Of a stretch of DNA of 64,000 nt, positions 20,382 to 29,502 are shown piece after piece (within the stretch, counting starts at the first letter, position 1; every line of letters starts with the position of its first letter). Source of the stretch: Gemmatimonadales bacterium (GTDB lineage: Bacteria > Gemmatimonadota > Gemmatimonadetes > Gemmatimonadales > GWC2-71-9). The position numbers and the translations under genes were made by a program. Location of the stretch: the NCBI GenBank assembly GCA_037189525.1, contig JBBCJC010000005.1:1125701-1189700 (forward strand), in the 5' to 3' direction. A model generated the notes under the pieces. It was not told the DNA's origin. It searched no databases and saw only the letters and a list, made by a program, of their open reading frames with translations.

Positions 20382-20391
20382 CCGCTGCGAC

Positions 20392-20420
20392 TCGACTTCC
20401 TACCACAAGCCAAGTACACT
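20392..20420 (+). promoter_or_regulatory. Possible internal sigma70 promoter for mobB-moeA
   Basis: TCGACT-17 nt-TACACT in the mobA-mobB gap. Confidence 0.35.
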
Positions 20421-20480
20421 TTCGGAGTTCGGCCATGGAAGGCCGGACTCCACCGGGAGCGGGGCCTGCCCCGTCGTGCC

Positions 20481-21005
20481 ATGCGGCTCATCTCGATCGT
20501 CGGCCATCCACGCGCCGGAAAAACCACGCTACTCGCCATGCTCGCTCGGGAACTGAACCGGCGGGGTAAGCGAGTCGCGGCCATTCGAACCATGGCCGAC
20601 CCGTTCGAACAACTCGATCGGGCAGGTGATGCGGCGTCGATCGTCCACGAGGGCCAGCTCGACGGATTCCTGCAGATCGGGCGACACACGCGGATGCTGC
20701 TGGAACGCGCCGAAACCACTTCGGACACCGCCGATCTCGCCACCCGATACTTCGGCGATCGCGACCTGGTGCTGGCGGAGAACGCGATCGAAGCCGGTAT
20801 CCCCAAAGTCGAGGTCTTCCGATCGTCGCTCGGTCCGGCGCCGATTGCCGCCACCAGCCACACGCCGCAGGATTGGGTGGCCGTCCTGAGCGACGTCGAG
20901 CTGCCGTCGATCCGGTGTTCCGTGCTGCGATTCACGGATACGATGTGGCTGCAGTTCCTCGCGGCGCTGGTGTGGGATCGCGCACGGCGCTTCGAGACAC
21001 CCTGA
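20481..21005 (+). CDS. mobB: MobB-like P-loop protein (divergent)
   Basis: ISIVGHPRAGKTTLL..L..EL..RG.RVAAI; DLVLAE...IPKVEVFR; lies between mobA and moeA. Confidence 0.75.
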   Translation: MRLISIVGHPRAGKTTLLAMLARELNRRGKRVAAIRTMADPFEQLDRAGDAASIVHEGQLDGFLQIGRHTRMLLERAETTSDTADLATRYFGDRDLVLAENAIEAGIPKVEVFRSSLGPAPIAATSHTPQDWVAVLSDVELPSIRCSVLRFTDTMWLQFLAALVWDRARRFETP

Positions 21006-21023
21006 CACCCGCGATACCGACGG

Positions 21024-22277
21024 ATGGATACTCGACTGACTGCCCGTGAGGCAGCCTGCCGTATCGTTGGCGCCCTGGCGCCACAGCCGCCCCTCCGTGT
21101 GCCCCTCGAACGCGCGCTGGGCAGCGTGCTCGCGGAAACGATCACGAGCCCGATCGACGTCCCGTTCCGCACCAACGCCGCGATGGACGGCTATGCGGTG
21201 CGGAGCAGCGATGTGCTGGGCGCCTCTCCCGAAACACCGCGCCGCCTCACGGTGATCGAGCGGATTCCGGCCGGCGCCGTCCCGACCCGCACGATCGGCC
21301 CCGGACAGTGCGCCCGCATCTTCACCGGCGCGCCGGTGCCCGAGGGCGCCGATACGGTCATCCGGCAGGAAGACACCGATCTCGGAGAGCCGGAGGTTCT
21401 GATCGTCGCGGATCGCGACTGTCTGGCCAACCTGCGCCAGGCCGGCGAAGACATTCCCCGCGGCGCCGTCGTCTTCGGGCCCGGCACCGAATTGCGCCCG
21501 GCTCATCTCGGCGTGCTCGCCTCGCTCGCCGTCACCCATCCGCTGGTGTGGCGCCGTCCGCGCGTCGGGATTGCGGCCAGCGGCGACGAACTGGCCCGGC
21601 TCGACCAGCCCGACCTGATCCTGCGCGGCGAGCGAATTGCCAGTTCGAACACCTATACGCTTGCTGCGCTGATTCGGGAAACCGGCGGCGAACCGATCGA
21701 CCTGGGCCTGGCCCGCGATACCCCCGAGAGCATTCGCGCTCAGCTCGAACGGGCCGCCGAATGCGACCTCGTGATCACCAGCGCGGGGATCAGTGTCGGA
21801 GAACACGATCATTTGCGCGGCGTGATCGACGCGATGGGAGGGCGGATCGACTTCTGGCGGCTCCGGATGCGCCCCGGCGCTCCGGTCGGGTTTGGGCATC
21901 TCGGCGCAACGCCCTGGCTCGGTTTGCCCGGCAACCCCGTCAGTACCATGGTGACGTTCGAACTCTTTGGCCGCGCCGCCATCCGGGTGCTGATGGGGCA
22001 TCGCCTTCCCTTCCGCGATGCCATCCGGGTCCGCACCGGTGCGGCCATTTCGCTGGGACCGGTCCTGCAGCATTTCCTGCGGGTGTCGCTGAGCGGCGAC
22101 CCGATCTGCCCCACGACACGCGTCACCGGATCGCAGGGATCCGGGGTGCTGACCTCGATGGCGATGGCCGATGCGCTCCTGGTGGTCCCGGAAGGACAGC
22201 ACGAGACCCCGGCCGGCAGCGAGCTATCGGCTATCCGCCTCGACGAACCGACCCATCGGGCCGACCCGGCCTTCTAG
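21024..22277 (+). CDS. moeA: Molybdopterin molybdotransferase
   Basis: AAMDGYAVR, IFTGAPVPEGADTV, SGDEL, SAGISVG, LPGNPVS, QGSG.L.S. Confidence 0.95.
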   Translation: MDTRLTAREAACRIVGALAPQPPLRVPLERALGSVLAETITSPIDVPFRTNAAMDGYAVRSSDVLGASPETPRRLTVIERIPAGAVPTRTIGPGQCARIFTGAPVPEGADTVIRQEDTDLGEPEVLIVADRDCLANLRQAGEDIPRGAVVFGPGTELRPAHLGVLASLAVTHPLVWRRPRVGIAASGDELARLDQPDLILRGERIASSNTYTLAALIRETGGEPIDLGLARDTPESIRAQLERAAECDLVITSAGISVGEHDHLRGVIDAMGGRIDFWRLRMRPGAPVGFGHLGATPWLGLPGNPVSTMVTFELFGRAAIRVLMGHRLPFRDAIRVRTGAAISLGPVLQHFLRVSLSGDPICPTTRVTGSQGSGVLTSMAMADALLVVPEGQHETPAGSELSAIRLDEPTHRADPAF

Positions 22278-24760
22278 GCGCGCGACAGACGATGGCGGGC
22301 CTGCACGGTCCGGTAATGATCCTTGCCCAGCGCCGCCTCGAGCGCAGCAACCGCACGCGTGCCGAGAGCTCGCCCCTCGTCCTCTTTGCCGTGGCGGGCC
22401 AGGAACTCACCCAGAAGGCTTTCCGCGTGCGCCGTGGCCCAGTGCCCCGGCGGCAAGGTGCGCTCCCGGAGACGTACCGCTTCGCGCAGCATCGCCTCGG
22501 CCCGCACCGGATCGCCGTCCCGCCCCAGACAGTCGCCCACGGCGAGATAGGCCGAGCCGAGCGAGAGTTCGCTTTCGGGCACCCGCTTGCCGCGCTCCGC
22601 GATGACCGGTTCGGCGAGCGTGACGGCCTCCCGGCAGCCGCCATGTTCCACGAGAACGTTGAGCAGGCCCCGCAAGCCGACCAGCGTGGCGGGATTGAAC
22701 GGCTCGAAGTGGTGGGACAGAATACGGTAGCTGCGCCGCGCCACCGACTCCGCTTCCTCCGGACGCCCGGCGTAAAGCAGGTTGATCGCAAAGGGCTGGA
22801 GAATGCTGCCGACCAGCGGATCGTCCGGCCCGCGCGCCTCCTCCGCCAGCGCAATGCTCTCCCGATGCAGCGGCTCGGCCTCGGCCAGCCGCCCGACTTC
22901 GGTCAGCAGGGTCGCATAGTTGGCGATGGAGACCGAACGCCGGCGTAGCGGCGCGCCGCCCCGCTGGCGCAGCAGGTCGACCACCCGCCCCTGCAGCGCG
23001 ATCGCTTCGGCATGGCGCCCCTGTTCGGACAACAACAGCGCCATCTCGGCCCAGCCGACCGCGATCTCCGCCGGATCGATATCGGGCAGCGACTCATACT
23101 GAGCCAATGACGTGCGCAGCAGCGATTCCGCCGCCGCCGGATGGCCGAGTGATCGTTCGACCATCGCGAGGTTGTATCGCGCGGTCGCGCCGGCCCACGA
23201 CACACGTCCGCTGTCCAGATCCGCCTGGAGCCGAAGCGCCTCACGAGACAACGGCTCTGCCCGGTCTATCAACCCCATGTCGAACAGCGTCGACGCCAGG
23301 ATACTCTTGACCGCGGCCCGTGCCGCCGCCTGATCGCGAAACGCCGAGTCGACTCGGGGCACGGCCGCATCGATGGCATCGACGACGGTGACCTGCCGCC
23401 CCAGTTGCTGCGGAGTCGCCGCGAGGAAGACGGAACGCAGAAACTCGGTGACGCTCTCCGCCTTGGCCCACTCTAATTCCGCGCGATCACGTTCGGCATG
23501 CGCCCGGCCCGCCTGCCACAGACTGACGACCGTTCCCGCCAGCAACGCAATCACCGCCACCACCACCGCAGCGACCGCCGCACGGTTCCTCCGCACCAGC
23601 TTGCCGATCCGGTAGCGGAACGAGTCCGGAGTGGCCTGGACCGGCAGACCCGCCAGAAACCGCAACACGTCCTCGGCCATAGCCTCGACTGAGGAATAGC
23701 GCCGTTCCGGTTCCTTCCGGAGCGCCATCATCACGATGTCGTCGAGCTCACCTTCGAGCGCGCGTTGCAGCCGTCGGGTGGTCGGCTCCGCCGTCGACGA
23801 CACTGTTTCCGCCGCCACCGCCCGGCTGGGCAGATCGGGTACCGACTCCGCGATCCGGCGACGCGCTTCGAGTACCGAGAGATTAGCCACGTCGAACGGC
23901 GGCCGCCCGGTCAGCAGTTCGTAGAGAAGCACACCAAGCGAATAGACATCGCTCGTTGTCGTCACGGAATCGCCGGCCAGCTGCTCGGGACTGGCATACG
24001 CCGTCGTCATGGGCGCGACGCCGGTCTGGGTCATCGGCTCGGCCTCAGACTCCTCCGGATCGAGTACCTTGGCAATCCCGAAGTCGAGCAGCTTGACCGT
24101 GCCATCGGCGCTGACCAGGATGTTGCTCGGCTTGATGTCGCGGTGGACGACCAGATTCTGATGGGCGTACTGGACCGCGGCGCAGACCTGCCGGAAGAGC
24201 CGCAACCGATCGTGGACACTCAGCTGCGCAGCGGCGCAGTAGCGATCGATTCGCTCGCCTTCGACGTACTCCATCACGAAGTACGGTTGACCGTCGTCGG
24301 TCACCCCTCCGTCGAGCAGCGCGGCGATGTTCCGATGCTCGAGCCGGGCCAGGATCTGACGCTCGTAGCGGAAGCGGCGGAGAATGGCGTCGGAATCCCG
24401 ACCGCGCGCCACCATCTTGACCGCAACTCGTTTGTGAAAGTCGGCGTCGGCCCGGTGCGCCTCGTACACGGCGCCCATACCACCCCGACCGATCGGCCGG
24501 ATGATCTGATATGGGCCGACCCGCCAGTCCGCCGGCTCGAGCCCATCATCCGACGTCAGCGCTTCGAGCGGTGAGCGTTCGAAACGGTCGCCGACCGCGC
24601 CGGCGGCCGCCAGCAACGCTTCGACCTCGGCCCGGAGCGCCGGATCGCCGAACGTCATTTCTTCCAGTCGGAGGGCGCGTTCATCGATTGGCAGGTCGGA
24701 GAGCTCTGCAAAGGCGGCCTTCACCAGGCGCCACCGCTCGGGGGTCAGGGGCGTCGTCAC
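22274..24760 (-). CDS. Membrane Hanks-type Ser/Thr kinase with C-terminal TPR region
   Basis: GRGGMG, VAVK, HRDIKPSN, DFG, YASPEQ; TM AAVAAVVVAVIALLAG; TPR-like repeats; GGAGG before GTG 24760. Confidence 0.93.
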   Translation of the reverse strand: MTTPLTPERWRLVKAAFAELSDLPIDERALRLEEMTFGDPALRAEVEALLAAAGAVGDRFERSPLEALTSDDGLEPADWRVGPYQIIRPIGRGGMGAVYEAHRADADFHKRVAVKMVARGRDSDAILRRFRYERQILARLEHRNIAALLDGGVTDDGQPYFVMEYVEGERIDRYCAAAQLSVHDRLRLFRQVCAAVQYAHQNLVVHRDIKPSNILVSADGTVKLLDFGIAKVLDPEESEAEPMTQTGVAPMTTAYASPEQLAGDSVTTTSDVYSLGVLLYELLTGRPPFDVANLSVLEARRRIAESVPDLPSRAVAAETVSSTAEPTTRRLQRALEGELDDIVMMALRKEPERRYSSVEAMAEDVLRFLAGLPVQATPDSFRYRIGKLVRRNRAAVAAVVVAVIALLAGTVVSLWQAGRAHAERDRAELEWAKAESVTEFLRSVFLAATPQQLGRQVTVVDAIDAAVPRVDSAFRDQAAARAAVKSILASTLFDMGLIDRAEPLSREALRLQADLDSGRVSWAGATARYNLAMVERSLGHPAAAESLLRTSLAQYESLPDIDPAEIAVGWAEMALLLSEQGRHAEAIALQGRVVDLLRQRGGAPLRRRSVSIANYATLLTEVGRLAEAEPLHRESIALAEEARGPDDPLVGSILQPFAINLLYAGRPEEAESVARRSYRILSHHFEPFNPATLVGLRGLLNVLVEHGGCREAVTLAEPVIAERGKRVPESELSLGSAYLAVGDCLGRDGDPVRAEAMLREAVRLRERTLPPGHWATAHAESLLGEFLARHGKEDEGRALGTRAVAALEAALGKDHYRTVQARHRLSRA

Positions 24761-24791
24761 ACGTCCCTCCGGCATTCCGGCATCGACCGGA

Positions 24792-25355
24792 TCATGGGCC
24801 GAGCCGATGCTGCAGCCAGGCCCGCGCCAGAGCCCAATCGCGCTTGACCGTTGCAGTCGAGATGCCGAGCACGGCCGCCGCCTCTTCGATCGAGAATCCC
24901 GCGAAGTAACGCAACTCCACCAGCTTGGCCTGACGTGGATCCAGCTTTGCAAGCTGCGCAAGCGCTTCGTCGACCGCCACGATCTCGTCGGACGACATCT
25001 CGTCCGGCAGGTCCGCATCGGTATCGAGGGTGACCTGATGCTGCCGACCCCGTTTGCGCGCGCTGCGGCGCCGGGCATGATCGACCAGGATCCGGCGCAT
25101 GGCCTGGGCCGCGATCCCGAAGAAATGCGAGCGCCCGGCCCAATTGACCGAGTGCTGCCCGACGAGGCGAAGGAAGACTTCGTGAACCAGCGCCGTCGGA
25201 CTCAGGGTGTGATCGCCCCGCTCGCGGCGCAGGTGGCTGGCGGCGAGGAGCCTGAGCTCGTCGTAGACCAGGGGTAACAGACGGTCGAGCGCTTCCGACT
25301 CGCCGTCCGAGACGAGGGCGAGCAGTTGCGTGACTTCGGACTGAGAAGAATCCAC
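24792..25355 (-). CDS. ECF sigma factor, ECF43/TIGR02999-like (kinase-associated)
   Basis: LLPLVYDELR..A...HTLSPTALVHE...AMRRILVDHARRR.A.KRG...VELRYFAG...TVKRDW. Confidence 0.92.
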   Translation of the reverse strand: MDSSQSEVTQLLALVSDGESEALDRLLPLVYDELRLLAASHLRRERGDHTLSPTALVHEVFLRLVGQHSVNWAGRSHFFGIAAQAMRRILVDHARRRSARKRGRQHQVTLDTDADLPDEMSSDEIVAVDEALAQLAKLDPRQAKLVELRYFAGFSIEEAAAVLGISTATVKRDWALARAWLQHRLGP

Positions 25356-25501
25356 GGGTGGCCGCTGAGTGACTCATAATACTTTGCCCCATGATTCCAG
25401 CCGTCAAGTCGCCTCGCTGAGGACGCCTCGAATTCACGCGCAGAATCGGGCACGATTGGCTCAGCAGCACCCGAGGGCGCCGGAGCGGACCTCTACAACG
25501 C

Positions 25502-25526
25502 AAAAGGGAGGCCGGAGGCCTCCCTT
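25502..25526 (-). terminator. Intrinsic terminator after the TerB-domain gene
   Basis: Minus strand AAGGGAGGCC-TCC-GGCCTCCC followed by TTTT. Confidence 0.7.
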
Positions 25527-25551
25527 CTCTACCGATATCCCGTACCCGCCG

Positions 25552-26475
25552 TTACGTCGGACTGCGAAGTTCCCGAAGCACCGACTCGACGTCCACCTTG
25601 GCCGCTCGATCCTGGACCTTCGATTCGAGCGACGGGAAAAGCTGCTGAGCGTCCTCGCGCAGCCGGAGAAAGAGCTGCTTGAGATCGCCCGCGCTCAGCG
25701 TCCGACCCTGGGTGTAGTACTGCCTGGTGGCGTGCCCGAGCGCATAGGTGGTTGCAAAGGTCAGTGCCGCACCGGTCGCCGCCCCAACCAGACCACCGGC
25801 AAGGCGGCCGAGCAGACCACGGGTCAGGCCACCCAGGAGCTTCCGGGCGACCCCCTCCATGACCTGTCCACTGGCCACGACACCCATCGCCGCGACCAGA
25901 TCCTTGGCCTGGTCCATGTCGAGAGACTGCCCGTAGTCACGACCGATCCGATAGACCATTCGCAGCTGCAGCGGCACGATCCCCAACGTGGCCAACCCCT
26001 GCGGCAACAGTTCCAGCGCCGCCGAGAGTACGGCATTGTCGAGGATCAACCGATCCATCTCGGCGGGCGTCATCGTGCCAGCCACGACCACCGCGTCGGG
26101 CACCGCCGAAGACGCCTCGGCCACATCCGCCGCTCGCCGAATCTCGGGCGCCTCGCTGCCGTTGCGCTCGAGCAGGTGACTCAACTGGCGGAGAAACGCC
26201 TGCTCGCTCTCGGTAGCCACACCGTCGGCGTGGATGACCGACGACGCCAACTCGAGTGCCGCCGCCCTGGCTTCGGGGCCTGACAGCTGCGCAACCAGGC
26301 CCGGCAGGTCCGCGCCTTCCGACACCACCCGATGGGCGACGTCGTCGTAGTCGGACCCGCCGATCCGGGTCGCAATCCGCTCGAGTTCCGCCATCTCCTC
26401 GGGGCTGCGGAACCCGTCGGCAAACGCCGCGATCAGAGCAATCGATGCCAGCGGTACCCGATCTTCTTCACGCAT
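25552..26475 (-). CDS. TerB-like domain protein with DUF697-like C-terminal region
   Basis: Two TerB-type motifs AFADG..SPEE and IHADG..TESE..FL; C-terminal IVPLQLRMVYRIG..YG and Gly-rich helices. Confidence 0.7.
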   Translation of the reverse strand: MREEDRVPLASIALIAAFADGFRSPEEMAELERIATRIGGSDYDDVAHRVVSEGADLPGLVAQLSGPEARAAALELASSVIHADGVATESEQAFLRQLSHLLERNGSEAPEIRRAADVAEASSAVPDAVVVAGTMTPAEMDRLILDNAVLSAALELLPQGLATLGIVPLQLRMVYRIGRDYGQSLDMDQAKDLVAAMGVVASGQVMEGVARKLLGGLTRGLLGRLAGGLVGAATGAALTFATTYALGHATRQYYTQGRTLSAGDLKQLFLRLREDAQQLFPSLESKVQDRAAKVDVESVLRELRSPT

Positions 26476-26478
26476 GGA

Positions 26479-27015
26479 TCAGTGGACCATGAACGCAGCG
26501 CTGGCCGACGTGGTGTCCCATTCGAGTTTGAGGACGCCACCGCTCCTGGTCGGCTCGATCTTGATCACGAACTGCTCGACCGACGCCGGCAAGGTGGCCA
26601 CTTTGAGATCGACCCGGGCCAGATCCTGCTCCGGCTTGTACTCCGTGCCCCACTGCCCCGTCTGCTTGTTGATGGCCAGCTTCCAGGCACCCGTTTCCGA
26701 CGCAAAGGTGTAGAGCGTGTAGGTCCCGGGCGGCACCATGACGTTGCCGAACATCAGCGACTTGTCGGTCACCAGATGGGTGGCCTGGTTGGCACCGGTG
26801 CGCCAGACTTTGTCGTACGGAATCAGATTGCCGACCACCTGCCGGCCGCGCTTCGACGGCCGACCATAGTCGATCAGGATGTTGGCGCCGGCCACGGTGG
26901 CCTTCGTGGTGTCACGGGGCGACAGAACCGGTTGCTGCTGCTGGGCTTCGGCCACGCCGGCCAGTGCCAGGGTCGCGGCGATGGCCGCCGTCCAGATGCC
27001 GTTACGTCGAATCAT
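26479..27015 (-). CDS. DUF2911 domain exported protein
   Basis: Signal peptide; SPR..., YGRPSKRGR, VWRTGANQAT, PGTYTLY, QWGT.Y. Confidence 0.85.
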   Translation of the reverse strand: MIRRNGIWTAAIAATLALAGVAEAQQQQPVLSPRDTTKATVAGANILIDYGRPSKRGRQVVGNLIPYDKVWRTGANQATHLVTDKSLMFGNVMVPPGTYTLYTFASETGAWKLAINKQTGQWGTEYKPEQDLARVDLKVATLPASVEQFVIKIEPTRSGGVLKLEWDTTSASAAFMVH

Positions 27016-27097
27016 CGCTACTTCTCCCTTGAGACTTGAGTTCCCTACTGGCCACGGAAGCCCCTCCCGCCCAACCCGGGAAATAGGAGCGCGGCGG

Positions 27098-28393
27098 CTA
27101 GAAATCAACCCGGCTGGTCGTGTCGCCGGACGGGCGCAGGATATTGCCGCCGAACCGTCCCGGGACAAAGGCCGGCGCGTACCTCGGCAACGGCGTCCCG
27201 GCCAGATACGCGGCAAGGAGGTCGCCCGCGCCGAGGGCGAGACCCACCGTCATTCCAACCCCACCCACCACGAATCCACCGCGCCGGTCGGCCATGCCAA
27301 TGACCGGTCGCAGATCGGGCGCCAGCGGCAGCGGATAGGCCGCCGTGACGAAACCGCCCGGGGGACCACGATAGCTCCGCAGCGTCGAGACCGCTCGTCC
27401 CAGCCGCTGCAGCAGCGCCTCGCCGAGCCGGCCGAGATCGTCGGCGGCGGGCACGCCGGGCACGATGGCCTCGAGCCGGAGCGCGCCGTCGCCATCGGAC
27501 AAGAGCGACGGCATGCCCCACGCCGCATCGGGACCGAGTTCGCCCGCGGCTCCGGCGGCGCCCCAATTGTCCAGATCGGCGACGATCATGGGACAGGGGC
27601 CGGGCACCGCGCGCTCACCTCCGGCCAGCACACCTACCAGACGAGTATAGTCGGTCCAGGGCAGGTCGAATCCCGCCTGGCGACCCAGGGTACGGACCCG
27701 CGCGCCGGCCAGGACCAGAGTCGAGCCCGAAAGTCGAGCACCCGACGCGGTGGTCACCTGCCAGCCGTCCGGGGTGGGCTCGATCCCGCGCACCGGCTCA
27801 GAAACAACCTGCCCGCCGACCTCGCGCAACGCGCCCATCAGCCAGCGGCGGAGGGCGCGGGCATCGACCCAGCCGGCCCTACGGACGTGCACACCGAGCG
27901 TCATGCCGGGATCGAGAAACGGGAATGCGGCCCGCAGTCCAGCGCCTTCCAACAGATCGAACCCGTCCGGCACACCGCGGAACCCGTCCGACGGCGAAGG
28001 CAGATACCAATCGGCCGAGGCGTGTTCACGCAGGGGGCCGTGCCCTAGCGCGGCCTGGCGACCGGCCAGGCTTCGGAGCAAGCGGGCCGTGTCGGGGCGG
28101 CCGGTCACGATCAGGCGCCCCCGCCGATTGACCCGGAAGGCTTCGCCACTCTCCTGATGGATCGCTTCCAACCGGCCGATCCCGGCGTCGGTCAGGTGAA
28201 CGATCGGCGCCTCACCCCCGGGCCACCAAGGCGCGTACCAGAGCCCTTCGCCTCCCCCGGGACGGACCGGTTCGCGCTCGTCGACCAGGGTGACCCGAAG
28301 GCCTGCGGCCGCCACGGCGCGCGCCACGGCGGCCGCAGGCAGTCCCGACCCGACGACCAGGACAGGATCGCGCGTGCGTTCACTCGGTGTCAT
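27098..28393 (-). CDS. FAD-dependent oxidoreductase, DAO/glycine-oxidase family (divergent)
   Basis: VLVVGSGLPA (GxGxxA), VTLVDE, AGWVD, VLAGA, PDLRPVIG. Confidence 0.7.
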   Translation of the reverse strand: MTPSERTRDPVLVVGSGLPAAAVARAVAAAGLRVTLVDEREPVRPGGGEGLWYAPWWPGGEAPIVHLTDAGIGRLEAIHQESGEAFRVNRRGRLIVTGRPDTARLLRSLAGRQAALGHGPLREHASADWYLPSPSDGFRGVPDGFDLLEGAGLRAAFPFLDPGMTLGVHVRRAGWVDARALRRWLMGALREVGGQVVSEPVRGIEPTPDGWQVTTASGARLSGSTLVLAGARVRTLGRQAGFDLPWTDYTRLVGVLAGGERAVPGPCPMIVADLDNWGAAGAAGELGPDAAWGMPSLLSDGDGALRLEAIVPGVPAADDLGRLGEALLQRLGRAVSTLRSYRGPPGGFVTAAYPLPLAPDLRPVIGMADRRGGFVVGGVGMTVGLALGAGDLLAAYLAGTPLPRYAPAFVPGRFGGNILRPSGDTTSRVDF

Positions 28394-28420
28394 ACCGGCA
28401 CCGATTTTCGACCACTCCGA

Positions 28421-28450
28421 TTGACATCGCGGCCGCCCAGGGTGTACCCT
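28421..28450 (+). promoter_or_regulatory. Sigma70 promoter driving the riboswitch-htpX-terC transcript
   Basis: TTGACA-18 nt-TACCCT about 10 nt before the aptamer. Confidence 0.6.
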
Positions 28451-28459
28451 TCGTGGTCA

Positions 28460-28570
28460 GAAGGGGAGTAGCTTATCCGTCGCGAAAGACGGACGAGGTG
28501 GTCGTCAAGACTGTTGGCTGCGAGGCCAACACGGCTATCTCGGGTCGGGAACGACTCAAGCGAGACCTTC
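28460..28570 (+). ncRNA. yybP-ykoY (Mn2+-sensing) riboswitch aptamer
   Basis: GAAGGGGAGTAGC...CGTCAAGAC...GCGAGACCTTC signatures; four-way junction stems TCCGTC/GACGGA, CGAGGTGGTCG/CGGCTATCTCG, TGTTGGC/GCCAACA, GTCG/CGAC; upstream of terC. Confidence 0.92.
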
Positions 28571-28618
28571 GTCAACCGCCTCACTCCGTGAGGGCGGTGA
28601 CGAGGGTCTCGCTTTTTT
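28558..28618 (+). terminator. Riboswitch expression platform: intrinsic terminator that sequesters the aptamer P1 3' strand
   Basis: AAGCGAGACCTTCGTCA...TGACGAGGGTCTCGCTT, ending in a run of six T. Confidence 0.85.
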
Positions 28619-28655
28619 CTTGCACATGAACGGCAGGAGTGCCAGGTTTTGCACT

Positions 28656-29492
28656 ATGAATAACATGCGGACGTTCATCCTGATGGCTGCCTTGATGGCG
28701 CTGTTTCTCGCGCTCGGGCAACTCATCGGCGGGAGCCAAGGGCTGGTGTTTGCCCTGGTCATCGGCTCGGCCATGAACTTTATCATGTACTTCTTTTCCG
28801 ATAAGATGGTGCTTCGGATGTACCGGGCTCGGGTGGTCAGCGAGCAGGAGGCGCCGGAGCTGTACCGGATGGTGGATCGACTGCGCCAGCGGGCGGGACT
28901 GCCGATGCCGGTCGTGGCCATTACGGACGAAGATCAGCCTAACGCTTTTGCCACGGGCCGGAGTCCGGAGAAGGCGGTCGTCGCGGTCACCACGGGATTG
29001 CTGCGCGCGCTGCCGGTCGATGAAATCGAAGGGGTCATCGCGCACGAGCTGGCCCACATCAAGAACCGCGACATGCTGATCTCGACGGTGGCGGCCGGGA
29101 TCGCGGGTGCGATCGGCTATCTGCCGTGGCTCATCATGTTCGGCCGCAACAATGACGACGAAGGCGGGCACCCGATTGCGGGCCTGGCGGCCATGATCCT
29201 TGGACCGCTGGCCGCCGGTATCATCCAGATGGCGGTTTCGCGCCAGCGGGAGTTCGAAGCCGACCGGGTCGGCGCCGAGATTCTGGGGCGGCCGCGTTCA
29301 CTCGCGAGCGCGCTGACGCGGCTCGACGCGATGGCGCAGCGGATTCCGATGCAGGTTGCTCCGGCGGCGGCGCCGCTGGCGCAGGTCAATCCGCTGGCTG
29401 CGACGGGCGGCGGACTCACCAAGCTCTTTTCCACCCACCCTCCAACCGCGGAACGGGTCGCCAAGCTGATGGAGATGGCGAACACGCGTTAG
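28656..29492 (+). CDS. htpX: HtpX-family membrane zinc metalloprotease (M48)
   Basis: QPNAFATGR, HELAH, SRQREFEAD, FSTHPPT.ER. Confidence 0.95.
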   Translation: MNNMRTFILMAALMALFLALGQLIGGSQGLVFALVIGSAMNFIMYFFSDKMVLRMYRARVVSEQEAPELYRMVDRLRQRAGLPMPVVAITDEDQPNAFATGRSPEKAVVAVTTGLLRALPVDEIEGVIAHELAHIKNRDMLISTVAAGIAGAIGYLPWLIMFGRNNDDEGGHPIAGLAAMILGPLAAGIIQMAVSRQREFEADRVGAEILGRPRSLASALTRLDAMAQRIPMQVAPAAAPLAQVNPLAATGGGLTKLFSTHPPTAERVAKLMEMANTR

Positions 29493-29502
29493 GCCATAAT
29501 CC

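Noticed and set aside
24761..25078. Apparent long N-terminal extension of the kinase, suggesting a sigma-kinase fusion
   Set aside because: Different frame from the sigma gene; an RBS precedes GTG 24760.
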